Notes: a model not told the origin generated them from the sequence alone. DNA of 64,000 bases from Cyanobacteria bacterium P01_F01_bin.150 (GCA_039189765.1 JBCCYL010000014.1:1-64000); one strand, 5' to 3'. Numbered from the stretch's first letter, positions 29,291 through 40,800 are shown. Translations and numbers: made by a program.

Positions 29291-31570
29291 TTACCCAAAA
29301 TTAGTCTCGGATAGCCCTGTAACGTCTTTCACGCGGGCAATAGTAGTGTCGTCTACCTGGATTAGGGTCGTGCCTGCTGGCGTTTCAACCAAGGACACTT
29401 CGTCAAATGACAGCGTATCGTCCAATTGAATTTGATCCACACCCACTTGAAAATCAACAATCACATCAAAATCGTTGTCTCTAGCAATCACAAACCGATC
29501 GCGACCCTGGCCTCCCACTAATCGATCTTGGCCGGGTCCACCTTTCAGCAAGTCACGCCCTCTTCCACCACGCAACAAGTCATCACCGTTTCCACCGCAA
29601 AGTTCATCCGCCCCTTGATTGCCATACAGGGCATCATTGCCTCGATTCCCAAATATAATGTCTCTACCCTGTTCGCCATAGAGAGCATCATTGCCCTCAT
29701 TCCCACGAAGCGTATCGCTACCTTGGCCTCCCCGTAGGGTGTCGTCAAGTTGTCCACCATAGAGCAGATCTGCACCTCGTCCACCCCACAGCGAGTCCTG
29801 GCCACGACTGTTTGAATTGTCTCCGCGCAGGATATCGTCGCCATCGCCACCATAGATGAGATCGTTTCCGGCTTTTCCTTTCAGCACATCATTGCCTAAA
29901 CGCCCATAGATCTGATCATCAGTGCTTCGACCACTGATTTGATCCCCAAGTCGCGAGCCAACCATAACATTCTGGTCCAACCCACCATTGATATAGAATA
30001 GGGCTTGAGAAAATGCCGAGGCAGCCACATCTTGGCCAAGCGATCGCCCATTTATGTCTCCATCATCAAAGTGAATTCCCCCATAAATTCTGGATAACCC
30101 GGCCTCATCCGCCGCCACAGAAAAACTGTCCCATGCCAGAGTAACTTCATCAGAGGTAGGAGTGACACCGGGTTCAAAACGAGATTCTCCAGCGTCAAAG
30201 CTCACAGAACCTCCAAACTGGTCTGAACCAGAGAAAAGCTCTAAGATTGTTGCTCCAGCAGCACTAAAAGTACTGTGGCCAGATACATACTCGGCAAACG
30301 GTGGTGACGGATCACTGCCTGGCGTTTGATAGGTGAGGAAATCCGTTGCTAAGATCCTTTGGGTCCCCAAACCAGGCCCCGCCCAGACATCAATGGCGTA
30401 TCCACCCAAGGTCGAGTCAAACTCACCAATTAGCCCCAACTCTCCCAAGTCGCGAATGGCACGCACCGGACGAGCATAGTCATAATAGCGCTTTGCTTCC
30501 CAAGTTGCGATAGATGCATCAAATTCAGCATTAGCCAAGGTAAAAAAGAGTTTGGCATCATCATCTAACGAATGATTGTCCCGGGCCGACACAAATTGGC
30601 CAAAGGTCATCCAGGTACCAGGTGGAAACGATGTGCCACCGCCATCCTCCCAGAACTCAGCAATCAGCTTTTGTTCATCCGTCAAATTGGCGCTGGCCGA
30701 TATTACATCTTCTGCCTGCTGGATAAAACCGGGATTGATAATCGTTCCCACAATAGAAGGGCTAATCGTAACGACCGAATTGTCAGCCAACGTTATCGTT
30801 TCTGCATTTAGATCCACCGTGCCATCTACCAACAAAAATGGTTCAGGAGCCGCAGGACGAAATTGACTGCCCGAGGACAGACTAAAGGGGGTCACCTCTC
30901 CCCAATGAGGCGTCAGAAAAGACTGAATGCGATCTTCGTTGCCTGGAGTGGAGTTGACGGGAACATATTCGGGAGTCCACAGAGTAATATCAACAGGATT
31001 ACCCGTTGGATTGGTTGGTGTGTAACCGCTGATGTCTGAATAGGGGACTCCCTGGGTCCCATTTGGATCGGTGCCAAGTTGATTCGATCCATCACCCCGG
31101 CGGACAGACATTAGTGCTTCTGCGGCAACATTGCCAATACCGATAGGAGTTGTAGTGTCCGTAGTCGTATCGGCAGAATCGTATCCTAATTCGCTCAAAA
31201 GAGAGTCAAAAATATCTGTTTGAGCTGGAAATAATTCAGTTAACACCCGATAGGCGGCCATACTCATGGCTGCAATTTTATTGGCGTCTGTATTTTCAGC
31301 AGAAGGGCGTTGGAGATCGTTGTTGAGTTGGGTGGCGATTGCCACTTCATCATAGACCGCCCAAGCATCGTACATCGCCGTATGCACTAATGCCAGCACA
31401 CGTGTGGTCACAGTTGGCCCTACTGTAGTATCAATAATGGCCTGTTGTGCGACCTTATCCCATTGAACCGAGACTGTAGGTGAAGAGTCATCAACTCTTA
31501 CGAGCTGGCTAACCGGATTAACAATAAGAGTAGACATAAGGTTTGTGCTTTCAACAGGCAATGGATACAT
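29291..31570 (-). CDS. Vanadium-dependent haloperoxidase/PAP2-like protein with C-terminal RTX Ca-binding repeats
   Basis: KRYYDYARP (Kx6RP), PPFAEYVSGHS and SRIYGGIHF vanadate-binding motifs, plus many GGxGxD nonapeptide repeats. Confidence 0.88.
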   Translation of the reverse strand: MYPLPVESTNLMSTLIVNPVSQLVRVDDSSPTVSVQWDKVAQQAIIDTTVGPTVTTRVLALVHTAMYDAWAVYDEVAIATQLNNDLQRPSAENTDANKIAAMSMAAYRVLTELFPAQTDIFDSLLSELGYDSADTTTDTTTPIGIGNVAAEALMSVRRGDGSNQLGTDPNGTQGVPYSDISGYTPTNPTGNPVDITLWTPEYVPVNSTPGNEDRIQSFLTPHWGEVTPFSLSSGSQFRPAAPEPFLLVDGTVDLNAETITLADNSVVTISPSIVGTIINPGFIQQAEDVISASANLTDEQKLIAEFWEDGGGTSFPPGTWMTFGQFVSARDNHSLDDDAKLFFTLANAEFDASIATWEAKRYYDYARPVRAIRDLGELGLIGEFDSTLGGYAIDVWAGPGLGTQRILATDFLTYQTPGSDPSPPFAEYVSGHSTFSAAGATILELFSGSDQFGGSVSFDAGESRFEPGVTPTSDEVTLAWDSFSVAADEAGLSRIYGGIHFDDGDINGRSLGQDVAASAFSQALFYINGGLDQNVMVGSRLGDQISGRSTDDQIYGRLGNDVLKGKAGNDLIYGGDGDDILRGDNSNSRGQDSLWGGRGADLLYGGQLDDTLRGGQGSDTLRGNEGNDALYGEQGRDIIFGNRGNDALYGNQGADELCGGNGDDLLRGGRGRDLLKGGPGQDRLVGGQGRDRFVIARDNDFDVIVDFQVGVDQIQLDDTLSFDEVSLVETPAGTTLIQVDDTTIARVKDVTGLSETNFG

Positions 31571-31648
31571 CCTTAAATATAGGATATCCAGTATTTATTT
31601 TTTGAATCTTTGGCAAAGATGTATTGATTTAATTTAAGGTTTCTTTGA

Positions 31649-31717
31649 GGGTATCAACGTTAGGCGGGTAGTGTGGGCGCTTCGCGCCCACACTACCGTT
31701 GATTGTGAATGAAACCC
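31649..31717 (-). repeat. Copy of dispersed hairpin MITE/REP-like element
   Basis: GGGTATCAACGTTAGGCG GGTAGTGTGGGCGC-TTC-GCGCCCACACTACC GTTGATT..GAAACCC, with a perfect 14-bp stem. Confidence 0.8.
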
Positions 31718-31874
31718 GGTTTCCTTGAAAGTAGAGTAACCATCATTAAGAGAGGAGATGCATGAACGATCTGTCGGTTAGGACGGGGCACTCAGATAGA
31801 TCGAAAAAGACAGTTTCACAGTTATTAGCGCTAAATAGCGATAATAACTGTGTATCTATTCCTTGCCAAAAACT

Positions 31875-33209
31875 ATGACTGCGTCCCGTACTATTTGTTT
31901 GGGGTTTCTAGCCCTTATCGCTATTGGTACTCTTCTTCTATTACTGCCTTTTGCAACAGAATCAGGGACTTGGAACAGCCCACTTGTCGCTTTGTTTACA
32001 GCAACATCAGCGGTATGTGTCACTGGGCTAATTGTGGTAGATACAGGGTCCTATTACTCAGCCTTTGGGGAAGTCATTATCTTGGGGCTTATCCAAATTG
32101 GTGGTTTGGGCTATATGACTGCCACCACCTTCTTGCTGATTTTGCTGGGACGTCGATTTGGCCTCCGGGAAAAATTAGCGCTTCAGCAATCTCTGGATAT
32201 TGGTGGCATCTCAGGGGCAGTCCAACTGGTTAAATCAATTATTGCCCTGACGATGATCTTTGAATTAACCGGGATGTTTTGCCTGTGGCCCGTCTTTATG
32301 CCTAACTATGGGGGATTGTATGCTGTCTGGCTTGCCCTATTCCATAGTATTAGTGCCTTTAATAATGCAGGGTTTAGCCTTTTCTCTGATAGTTTGGTGG
32401 GCTATGCCACGTCTGGCCCCATTAATATTGTGATTCCTGCCCTGATTCTTTTGGGAGGATTTGGCTATCAAACGATTATGGAAGTTTATGAGTGGTGTCG
32501 ATATCAATTGGGTAAACGCTCTGATCGGGTAATATTTTCACTCAACTTTAAAATTGCTGTCAGTACAAGCATTTTTTTATTGGCAATGGGTACTGCCGTC
32601 TTTTTTATTGTTGAGTATCACAATCCTCAAATTCTAGCGAATCTTTCTTTCCATGATCAATTGATGGTTTCATGGTTTCATGCAGTTATGCCTCGCACAG
32701 CCGGATTTAACGCTGTTGATTATGGGGCATTAACCACGGCTGGCATTATGTTGACGATGTCGCTGATGTATATCGGTGCAAATCCAGGGGGAACCGGAGG
32801 CGGCATTAAAACAACGACCCTGCGCATTCTTTTTAGCTCAACCAAAGCCGTGCTCCAAGGTCATGAAGAAGTTTTGTGTTATCAGCGACAAATTCCCATG
32901 ACCCTTATTATTAAGGCCGTGGGGGTCATTTTTGGATCAGCCGTGACGATTCTCGCTGTTACCTTACTGATGGCATTTACCAATCCGACTATTAACTTTA
33001 TCCAGTTACTGTTTGAAACGGTGTCTGCATTCGCCACTGTGGGACTATCGACAGGCATTACCGCAAGCTTGTCTTTACCGGGAAAAGTATTGATTATCGG
33101 CACAATGTATGTAGGACGGGTCGGAGTCTTGCTTCTGATGTCTTCTATCTTGGGAGACCCTAGACCCAGCGTAGTGAATTTCCCCGAAGAAAATCTACTA
33201 GTGGGATGA
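31875..33209 (+). CDS. ktrB: Ktr/Trk potassium transporter membrane subunit
   Basis: FTATSAVCVTGL, SAFNNAGF, PRTAGF, PGGTGGGIKTTT and SAFATVGLS pore loops. Confidence 0.93.
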   Translation: MTASRTICLGFLALIAIGTLLLLLPFATESGTWNSPLVALFTATSAVCVTGLIVVDTGSYYSAFGEVIILGLIQIGGLGYMTATTFLLILLGRRFGLREKLALQQSLDIGGISGAVQLVKSIIALTMIFELTGMFCLWPVFMPNYGGLYAVWLALFHSISAFNNAGFSLFSDSLVGYATSGPINIVIPALILLGGFGYQTIMEVYEWCRYQLGKRSDRVIFSLNFKIAVSTSIFLLAMGTAVFFIVEYHNPQILANLSFHDQLMVSWFHAVMPRTAGFNAVDYGALTTAGIMLTMSLMYIGANPGGTGGGIKTTTLRILFSSTKAVLQGHEEVLCYQRQIPMTLIIKAVGVIFGSAVTILAVTLLMAFTNPTINFIQLLFETVSAFATVGLSTGITASLSLPGKVLIIGTMYVGRVGVLLLMSSILGDPRPSVVNFPEENLLVG

Positions 33210-33214
33210 AGAGA

Positions 33215-33415
33215 AGGTAGAAGGGGAAGCGGGGGAGCAGAGGAGCGGGGGGGCAGAGGAGCGGGGGAGCAGGGGAATCTGAAGCTAAAGTCCAAAATCC
33301 AAAATCTAAAATCCAAAATCAACCCACCCCTAACCCCTCCCAAGAGGGGGACCGGAGTGGTCCAACTCCCCAACTTCCCAACTGCTTCCAGACTCTAAAA
33401 TCCAAAATCCAAAAT
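33215..33415. repeat. Short tandem repeats (AAAATCC/AAAATCT heptamers, GGAGCAG-type octamers) and a CCCCTAACCCCTCCCAAGAGGGG palindrome
   Basis: Read directly. Typical STRR-like intergenic repeats of filamentous cyanobacteria. Confidence 0.8.
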
Positions 33416-33463
33416 TTTCCAGGTTGTGAGATTGATAGTGATAGCTTTAAATAAGGAGGGGCT

Positions 33464-34180
33464 GTGGTAAATTTGTCATCGTTGGGCGATCTTAATTTTT
33501 TTAAGACGTTGCGGTCTGGGAATCAACAATTCGCGGTAATTGGCTTGGGGCGGTTTGGCCGAGCGGTTTGTGGAACACTACATGAAATGGGATGTGAGGT
33601 TCTGGGTATTGACTCCAGCGAAGAGCTAGTTGCCCAGGTTCTCACCAGTCATCAGGCGTCCCATGCCTTGCAATTAGATTCGACCAATCCCCATGCCCTG
33701 GCTGAGGCCGGTGTATACGACTTTGATACGGTTATTATCGCCATTGGCAACTATATTCAAGAAAGCATCATTACCACTCTCAACCTCAAGGAAGCAGGGG
33801 TGAAATATATCATTGCCAAAGCTTCGTCGGACGTACATGGCAAATTGCTGGAGCGGGTAGGAGCGGACAAGGTGGTGTTCCCGGAACATGAGATGGGATG
33901 TGAGCTGGCGCGATCGCTCACTCGCCCTGGAATCTTGGACCGATTTGACCTGGATCCCGATCACAGCATCATCGAATGCTTGGTTCCTGCCCAATTTGAT
34001 GGCAAAACGATTGCTGAACTTCAGCTACGGATTGACTATGGCATTAGCCTGCTAGCGGTCAGTTCTGAAACGGATCACGATGTGTTTGAAATTAATCCCA
34101 GCCCTGTGATGACTCTTAAAAAGGGGGCTGTAATGGTGGTTCTTGGCAGCAATGGATGTTTAGCTAAACTGCCGACGTAG
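33464..34180 (+). CDS. ktrA: Ktr/Trk potassium transporter NAD-binding subunit
   Basis: FAVIGLGRFG, IIAKA...LLERVGADKVVFPE, TrkA_C domain. Confidence 0.93.
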   Translation: MVNLSSLGDLNFFKTLRSGNQQFAVIGLGRFGRAVCGTLHEMGCEVLGIDSSEELVAQVLTSHQASHALQLDSTNPHALAEAGVYDFDTVIIAIGNYIQESIITTLNLKEAGVKYIIAKASSDVHGKLLERVGADKVVFPEHEMGCELARSLTRPGILDRFDLDPDHSIIECLVPAQFDGKTIAELQLRIDYGISLLAVSSETDHDVFEINPSPVMTLKKGAVMVVLGSNGCLAKLPT

Positions 34181-34185
34181 GTGAT

Positions 34186-35439
34186 TTAGACGTTTAAGCC
34201 TCGTAAATTAGAAAAATTGGTACTCATGGCAACATTGAGGGTTTCCATTGATTCTACTAACCATTTCACATCGGATTGGGGGCGATCGCCGTAATGGTTA
34301 AACAAAACCGCAAAGCGTCGCTCCAACCAGGGTTTAGCCTGTTCACATAACAAAATAATTTTAAGCAAGACATTGATGGTGAGGGTCGCACCAAGGTTGC
34401 CTAACATGTCGATAAAATTTGTATGCTCTGGATTTTGTTGACTTTCCACCACCAAAAAGTCTAGAAGCGACTTGCAGGTTTCCTGGAATAAAGCATTGGT
34501 TGGAAGCTTATCATCATAATGAGAGAGGGTGGAGTAGAGGCGATTGCTGAGCTTGGAGCCAAAGCGCTGTCCACCAAACCAGGGTCCCATAGACAACGTC
34601 AAATAATCATATAGATCGCCTTTGAATTCAGAATAAGAACGAGTCCACTTACTGTATGTCAAAAAACAATTGGCTAAATCCCGTTGAGTATTGCGCCCAT
34701 CAACCTTGCCCGTGTATTGGGACAATGCTCTGTTTAGGCGTTCATCACTTAGAAAGGTTGGATTCTTGGCTGGAAATGCGACAACATCTCGATAGGACGA
34801 AGAACGATGGTATGCCATGTAGCGAGATAGGTCCAAATCGTACTTAGTTTGAGCCTCCTGTCGCATCGCTTGAACAGTGTGACGCTGCTCTATCGTACTA
34901 TCCTGAGTTAGTAAGTTATGTTCGTAAACATAGGGATAACGATAAATAATCGTTTCCAATGGGACATTGCCCGACTTTGCCGTTAATTCTTTTTTTCCTT
35001 GATTTTCAGAACGAACCGTCAATGCTAACCTTCTAAGAGCTTGATACTGATCACTCTGAATAAAGTGTTGAGTCAGTTGCCACAGATGACGATTTCGAAT
35101 TGGGCTATTGGGATTTACTGGAGAAGTGAGGATTGTATCAATTAAAGCCGGAATAAAGACGCGATTTCTGCTCGACTCGCGCCAGGCATTAATCACAATA
35201 TAGTAGCTACGATTTAGAATGAACTTGAACTCAGAGCCAGAGAATGGGGCATTAACAATCCACTCAAGAGCCTTTACTGCTCTTGGGTTTGAGTAGCTGA
35301 TTCCATCTACAAACAGTTGGCGAAAGTGCTCTACTACCCGAGCAGGTTCCGCTGTCCGAGCCTCACGCATTAAATGATCGTATAGGTACACTTCTGCTGG
35401 GGTTGTTGGTCGCTCAAAGTAGTGTGCCCAAGAGTCCAT
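34186..35439 (-). CDS. Conserved hypothetical cyanobacterial protein
   Basis: Long ORF with RBS AGGAG before ATG 35439; IYRYPYVYEH and FAVLFNHY segments. No function recognised. Confidence 0.75.
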   Translation of the reverse strand: MDSWAHYFERPTTPAEVYLYDHLMREARTAEPARVVEHFRQLFVDGISYSNPRAVKALEWIVNAPFSGSEFKFILNRSYYIVINAWRESSRNRVFIPALIDTILTSPVNPNSPIRNRHLWQLTQHFIQSDQYQALRRLALTVRSENQGKKELTAKSGNVPLETIIYRYPYVYEHNLLTQDSTIEQRHTVQAMRQEAQTKYDLDLSRYMAYHRSSSYRDVVAFPAKNPTFLSDERLNRALSQYTGKVDGRNTQRDLANCFLTYSKWTRSYSEFKGDLYDYLTLSMGPWFGGQRFGSKLSNRLYSTLSHYDDKLPTNALFQETCKSLLDFLVVESQQNPEHTNFIDMLGNLGATLTINVLLKIILLCEQAKPWLERRFAVLFNHYGDRPQSDVKWLVESMETLNVAMSTNFSNLRGLNV

Positions 35440-35876
35440 GATGGTAGCCACTCCTAATAATGTATGAGGCAAGGCTCTATGAAAACATGACGTTAGACTT
35501 CAAAAATGTTCCTCAAAACACATAAAGCATAGCGCCAATGCCTCTTATAGAATGCCCTGATTGCAGAACAGGTATGTCTATGGATATTCAAGAAAAGCAA
35601 CAAACTCACTATCGTAAGGTTGATGATTTCGAGAAACCGCCTAAGCGATGATATCGCGTCTACAGAACCTCGGTCCAATAGCCCACTTAAGACCATACCC
35701 CCGATCAGATAAGAAGAATGCCATACGACAAACTCAGCTAGAAATACTTAGCTACAGTCTTGCCCAAAAGCACTTCAAAATTAATTGTTAGCTAATTAAT
35801 AAATTTAATCATACCGATATCATTTCGAAGGGTAAAGTCTATTCAGTGGGAAAATAGAATATTTTGTTGATATCTG

Positions 35877-36314
35877 TTACAATAGCCCTTCTAGTTGACG
35901 TCGAATCCGATCGAGTTCGTCGGAAGAAAACCCTTCATCATCCGCTGATTCAGGATTATCGGCGGCTCCATCGCCTGGGTTGGAGGCTAAACCTTCAGCA
36001 CGAATCTCAACTCGATTCGCCCCGTCTTCCTGCCAGTCCATATCCTCCACATTATTTTCCGGTGGCACTTCTAGCTGCCCCTTTTCAATGCGACGTGTTT
36101 CGTATCCAACAGATACACAAAACTCTTTAATTTCTTCCTCATCCATTTCTTCCACAGTCGGCGTGGGAAAATCTTGGGCTTCAAGCATAAGACCAAATCT
36201 TGTGGCATCGTCTTCATCTTCAAACATCAAGACCACATCCCGGTCTCCCATCTTGAGAGAATGAATGCCTTCATTATCGGTACCGACATTAAAAAGTAAG
36301 ACAAAAATACGCAT
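35877..36314 (-). CDS. DUF3110 family protein
   Basis: FVLLFNVGTDNEGIH...FEDEDDATRFGLMLEAQDF...RRQLEGLL. Confidence 0.85.
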   Translation of the reverse strand: MRIFVLLFNVGTDNEGIHSLKMGDRDVVLMFEDEDDATRFGLMLEAQDFPTPTVEEMDEEEIKEFCVSVGYETRRIEKGQLEVPPENNVEDMDWQEDGANRVEIRAEGLASNPGDGAADNPESADDEGFSSDELDRIRRQLEGLL

Positions 36315-36363
36315 AATCTAATTCAGCTTGCAATGGTTGAAAGGGGTGCATTAGAGACATTAT

Positions 36364-36443
36364 GGGTTTCCTTTTAAGGCGAAACAAAATCAACAGTAGT
36401 GTGGGCACGTTACGCCCACACTACCCGCCTAAAGTTGATACCC
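36364..36443 (+). repeat. Full-length copy of dispersed ~80-bp hairpin MITE/REP-like element
   Basis: GGGTTTCCTTTTAAGGCG...GTAGTGTGGGC-loop-GCCCACACTAC CCGCCTAAAGTTGATACCC, with imperfect 18-bp terminal inverted repeats. Confidence 0.8.
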
Positions 36444-36632
36444 GACATTAGAATTAATAGTATCAATCTCTGGGGTTTCCTTATTAAGGCAAAACCACCA
36501 TTTAGAAATTGCCGTGCACTATATTCTTGGCTCAGGTATTATTTGGTCTGGGTGTTGACAACAACCTTAGTTTTGTCGGTGTCCTGGCACCATCACTCAC
36601 AGTTCACAAGTCACAGGTAAGGAACATAAACT

Positions 36633-38453
36633 ATGCGGCTGTCCCAAATGCTCTTTGTCACCTTAAGAGAAGATCCCGCTGAAGCGGAGATCCCCAGCCA
36701 TAAGCTGTTAGTCAGAGCGGGCTATATTCGTCGTGTAGGCAGCGGTATGTATGTTTATCTGCCGTTTATGTGGCGGGTGCTGCAAAAAGTATCTCAAATT
36801 GTCCGAGAAGAAATGAATGCCAAGGGAGCCCAGGAATGTTTGCTCACCCAGCTACAGCCCGCAGAGCTGTGGCAAGAGTCTGGTCGATGGGATACCTACA
36901 CCAAAGCTGAGGGCATTATGTTTGCCTTGGACGATCGCCAAGGGCGTCAGCTAGGGCTTGGTCCCACTCACGAAGAGGTGATTACCACAGTCGCCCGTGA
37001 CATGATTCGATCCTATCGTCAGCTACCCACTAATCTGTACCAAATTCAAACTAAATTCCGAGATGAAATTCGGCCCCGGTTTGGATTGATGAGGGGTCGA
37101 GAGTTCATTATGAAGGATGCCTATTCGTTCCACACTAATGAAGACAGTCTAAAACAGACCTATCAGGATATGGATGTGGCCTATCGCAATATTCTTAATC
37201 GCTGTGGGCTACAGTTTCGGGCAGTGCAGGCAGATTCTGGGGCAATTGGTGGTTCGGGGTCCCAAGAGTTTATGGTGTTGGCGGAAGCTGGGGAAGATGA
37301 GATTCTCTACACTGAGGACGGCAACTATGCAGCCAACGTGGAAAAAGCAGTGTCGCTGCCGCCCGATGCTGAAATGCTAAAGGCATTTGACGCATATGAA
37401 AAATTAGAAACTCCCAGTACGCCTACCATTGCCTCCCTGGCAGATTTCTTAAAGTGCTCTCCCACCCAAATTGTCAAAAACGTCCTCTATCAAGTGGTGT
37501 ATGACAATGGCACTACGGTGCTGGTGCTGGTTAGTATTCGTGGCGATCAGGATGTCAACGACACCAAACTCTACAACGAGATGACTAAAGTGGCGGTTGA
37601 CTATGACGCCTCCACGGTAATTGCCATAGAGGTGCCTGATGAAGATGCCCAGAAGAAGTGGGCCACCAAAGCGTTGCCCTTGGGCTATATCAATCCTGGA
37701 TTAGCAGATGACTATATTCAGCAGGACTCCAAAGAGATTGCGCCTAAGTTTCTGCGCATCATTGATCAGACTGCGGTGGATTTAAAGGACTTTGTTACCG
37801 GCTCTAATGAGTCAGGCTCCCACGTTGTTGGGGCCAACTGGGGTAAGGAATTCGACTTGCCCAAGATTGTGGCAGACGTGCGGACGGCAATGGCGGGCGA
37901 TCGCGCCGTTCACAACTCTAGCCAGACCTTGCAAACCGCCCGAGGCATTGAAATTGGCCATATCTTTCAGCTAGGCACCAAATATTCTGAAAAAATGGGG
38001 GCGACTTTTACTGATGAAGACGGTAAGAATAAGCCCTTGGTAATGGGCTGCTACGGCGTTGGTGTATCTCGTCTGGCCCAATCTGCGGTGGAGCAGTCCT
38101 ATGATGACAAGGGCATTATCTGGCCCGTGCCAATTGCGCCTTACCACGCCATTGTTGTTGTGCCTAATATTAAGGATGAAGGGCAAATGCAGGTGGCAGA
38201 GCAGCTTTACACAGATCTAAATGCAGCTGGGGTGGAAACGCTACTGGATGACCGTAAGGAGCGGGCTGGGGTTAAGTTTAAGGATGCGGATCTGGTGGGC
38301 ATTCCCTTTCGGGTGGTGACCGGGCGATCGCTCAAGGACGGCAAGGTGGAGGTTGTCCAGCGGGCATCGGGGGAATCGGAGGATATGGCGATCGCCGATG
38401 TGGTATCTACTATCAAAGCTTGGGTTGATACTGCTTATTCGTTAGACGCCTGA
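36633..38453 (+). CDS. proS: Proline--tRNA ligase
   Basis: [66 protein letters not shown]. Confidence 0.99.
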   Translation: MRLSQMLFVTLREDPAEAEIPSHKLLVRAGYIRRVGSGMYVYLPFMWRVLQKVSQIVREEMNAKGAQECLLTQLQPAELWQESGRWDTYTKAEGIMFALDDRQGRQLGLGPTHEEVITTVARDMIRSYRQLPTNLYQIQTKFRDEIRPRFGLMRGREFIMKDAYSFHTNEDSLKQTYQDMDVAYRNILNRCGLQFRAVQADSGAIGGSGSQEFMVLAEAGEDEILYTEDGNYAANVEKAVSLPPDAEMLKAFDAYEKLETPSTPTIASLADFLKCSPTQIVKNVLYQVVYDNGTTVLVLVSIRGDQDVNDTKLYNEMTKVAVDYDASTVIAIEVPDEDAQKKWATKALPLGYINPGLADDYIQQDSKEIAPKFLRIIDQTAVDLKDFVTGSNESGSHVVGANWGKEFDLPKIVADVRTAMAGDRAVHNSSQTLQTARGIEIGHIFQLGTKYSEKMGATFTDEDGKNKPLVMGCYGVGVSRLAQSAVEQSYDDKGIIWPVPIAPYHAIVVVPNIKDEGQMQVAEQLYTDLNAAGVETLLDDRKERAGVKFKDADLVGIPFRVVTGRSLKDGKVEVVQRASGESEDMAIADVVSTIKAWVDTAYSLDA

Positions 38454-39058
38454 GCCTGGATGGATTGAAGGAGCCCCACCAGGATGCCAAACAGCGCCTC
38501 TAAATCTCCAATAAAATGCTCTCTTCCCTCAATATCCACGCGGGTTCCCACTAGCCGTAGAAATTTCCAATTGCTGCCAGTGGTCACTATGCCATAAATG
38601 CAAGGGATGTGATTTTTCTGGCGCTGATTAAAAATCTGGGCTGCGACCATTTCGGCGATACATTGGGGTAACCCGGACTTAATATTGTCATTTTTGGCTT
38701 CTACCAATGTAATAACAGGGGCGGTTAGCTCTAGCTGCTTTGGGGAATCGCTAATTAGAAAATCACACCGTCCTGTTAACCCCTTTGCTTTCTCGATGCT
38801 AAAGTCAATTCCAGAGAAAAAGCTGATTTGTCGATTAAATTGTTTCCTCAGCTCCACTAAAATTGGGGCAATAATCAACTCCGATCGTGCTTTTTCTGTA
38901 TCAATTTCGAAGGCTAGGGGAATATTTTCTTTTAAGGTTTCGAGCAACAGTTCACTGGGAACAACAGGCTGAACGTTTTGAAATAATTCAACTCGCTCCT
39001 GTAGCTTTAAGCCAAAGTCAGTCTCTAGTTGTGACAGGGTAAACTCACCATATGACAT
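38435..39058 (-). CDS. PD-(D/E)xK-like protein (HSDR_N-like cyanobacterial family)
   Basis: [35 protein letters not shown]. Overlaps the proS 3' end convergently. Confidence 0.7.
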   Translation of the reverse strand: MSYGEFTLSQLETDFGLKLQERVELFQNVQPVVPSELLLETLKENIPLAFEIDTEKARSELIIAPILVELRKQFNRQISFFSGIDFSIEKAKGLTGRCDFLISDSPKQLELTAPVITLVEAKNDNIKSGLPQCIAEMVAAQIFNQRQKNHIPCIYGIVTTGSNWKFLRLVGTRVDIEGREHFIGDLEALFGILVGLLQSIQAQASNE

Positions 39059-39135
39059 TGTCTTTACTTTATTTCTAGGTCAGAGTTTCTCTTAATCATA
39101 TTCTGAGAAAGGGATCTGCTCGAAAATAAACTATT

Positions 39136-39169
39136 GGTGCGTTACGGCTGTCGCCTACACGCACCCTAC
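39136..39169. repeat. REP-like palindrome (GTAGGGTGCG..TAACGCACC type)
   Basis: GGTGCGTTACGGC-TGTC-GCCTACACGCACCCTAC hairpin with a GTAG tetranucleotide on the minus strand. Confidence 0.55.
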
Positions 39170-39551
39170 GCAAGGTTGATCTGTTATCTCCTGACAGTTC
39201 CTAAAAGACAGAATTAAATTAAATGGAAGATCGTCGCTTTATTTAGCAACACAACGAGAAGGTAAAGGATAGAAAGACAGGAGATCGCCAGATCTATCTT
39301 TTTCTCTTCAAAATAGTATTTATATCAGAACAATTTGATACATATATGATTCAGCTCCCCCTATAAGATGGAAACGTCTGATGCATTACATTCGTTCATA
39401 CATATCCAATTTAAATAGGCCAAACAGAATACGATTGCTTTGATGAAACTACATTGATTACATCCCTGTTGACTGTTTTGCCATTGATGTTTTGCTATTA
39501 ACTATTTTGTTGGTTAATAGCCTTGCAAGCACCATAGGAGAATTAAGAATC

Positions 39552-39938
39552 ATGACCATTACACCTCCTCCCCGTTCCCCCCAAGCCCCTGAGGCAGAAT
39601 CAGGCTCGCCTATTTTTGATGCGGCGCTCCAAGAAGAGACGACTGCACTAATGGAAGCCCTGCGGCGACGCGCCATTCAGGAAGCTCAACTGGCAGGGGA
39701 AATGACCCGTGAAGCCTATCTAACGACGGTCCGACAAATTAGGGAAACCGTTGAGCACAATCATCTAATTAATCCTGACGAAATTGAGACCTCCATTGGC
39801 CAGTTTCAAAAGGATGCAGAACATAACTGGCAGCTTTTTGTCGATGATGTAACAGGCTTTGGCGATCGCCTCACCCAGGCAGCCCAAGCGGCCTGGGATA
39901 TTCTTACCGAAGAGGGTCCCAAGCCGCCTCAAGACTAG
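39552..39938 (+). CDS. Hypothetical helical protein
   Basis: RBS AGGAG before ATG 39552; GEMTREAYL motif. Confidence 0.75.
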   Translation: MTITPPPRSPQAPEAESGSPIFDAALQEETTALMEALRRRAIQEAQLAGEMTREAYLTTVRQIRETVEHNHLINPDEIETSIGQFQKDAEHNWQLFVDDVTGFGDRLTQAAQAAWDILTEEGPKPPQD

Positions 39939-39963
39939 GGAATGCTAATAAATAGGCCGATGA

Positions 39964-40003
39964 AAATCCCTGAGACTCTTTCACAACAGCGTCTCAGGGA
40001 TTT
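39964..40003. terminator. Inverted repeat between convergent genes (probable bidirectional terminator)
   Basis: AAATCCCTGAGAC / GTCTCAGGGATTT perfect 13-bp arms. Confidence 0.65.
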
Positions 40004-40079
40004 GCCCTTATAGCCATTGCCTCTAGTTCCCAGTCTCGGCTAGGGACTACTCCTGGAGACTCCGGCTCCAGAGCCATTT

Positions 40080-40643
40080 TTACTCTAATAACCAGCTAAA
40101 CAAGTCGTTAATTGTTAAGGTTACATCCTTTGCAAAGGATGGCACAGGAATAAGGTCATCTGGGGCATCAAATACCTCAGGTGCTTGATTTGAACGATAG
40201 ACAAAGACCGTTTGTTCTTTCGGATCGATAAGCCAGCCCATTTCAGTGCCGTGTTTAAGGCAGTAAAAAATATTTTTTGTAACTTTGGTCTGACTTTGAT
40301 CTGGTGACAAAATCTCAATTGTCCAATCAGGTGCCGCTGGAAAGGTGTTGGCGATTTCGCCATTGGCGTCACGGGGAATTCGGGACCAACGGAATACAGC
40401 AATATCAGGTACGGTTGAGCGATCGCCAAAGGTACAGCGTAGCTCCGGAAAGGCCCGAGCAATTTTCTTAGGCTTCACCACTCCATTAATTGTGGGGACA
40501 AGTTCTCCTTGAATAACGCTATGCTTTCCTTGAGGCATGGGTTTTTGAATAATTTGACCATCGATATATTCGCTTGCAGGTTTTGTCTCTGGCAGCTTCA
40601 AGAATTCTGCCAATGTCACAAGCTTAGCCAGGATTTGTACCAT
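40080..40643 (-). CDS. Uma2/DUF820 family endonuclease-fold protein
   Basis: TLAEFLKLPETKPASEYIDG, VPDIAVF, PDWTIEILSP, GWLIDP. Confidence 0.92.
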   Translation of the reverse strand: MVQILAKLVTLAEFLKLPETKPASEYIDGQIIQKPMPQGKHSVIQGELVPTINGVVKPKKIARAFPELRCTFGDRSTVPDIAVFRWSRIPRDANGEIANTFPAAPDWTIEILSPDQSQTKVTKNIFYCLKHGTEMGWLIDPKEQTVFVYRSNQAPEVFDAPDDLIPVPSFAKDVTLTINDLFSWLLE

Positions 40644-40800
40644 TTGCGTTTACCTCTTATCCGCTAGTCCAGCCGCAAAGCTCTATTTTATGCTCTCAGA
40701 GAGAGTGGAGGCTCAGGGGAGCAGAGAAGCTTCTATCTCCACATTTTTAACTCTTCACCTCTCTAACTCCTCAACTCTTTAACTCTCCAAAACCTAAAAT

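Noticed and set aside
32882..33373. 163-aa minus-strand ORF with ILDFRFW repeats
   Set aside because: It is a translation of the STRR heptamers plus the antisense of ktrB.
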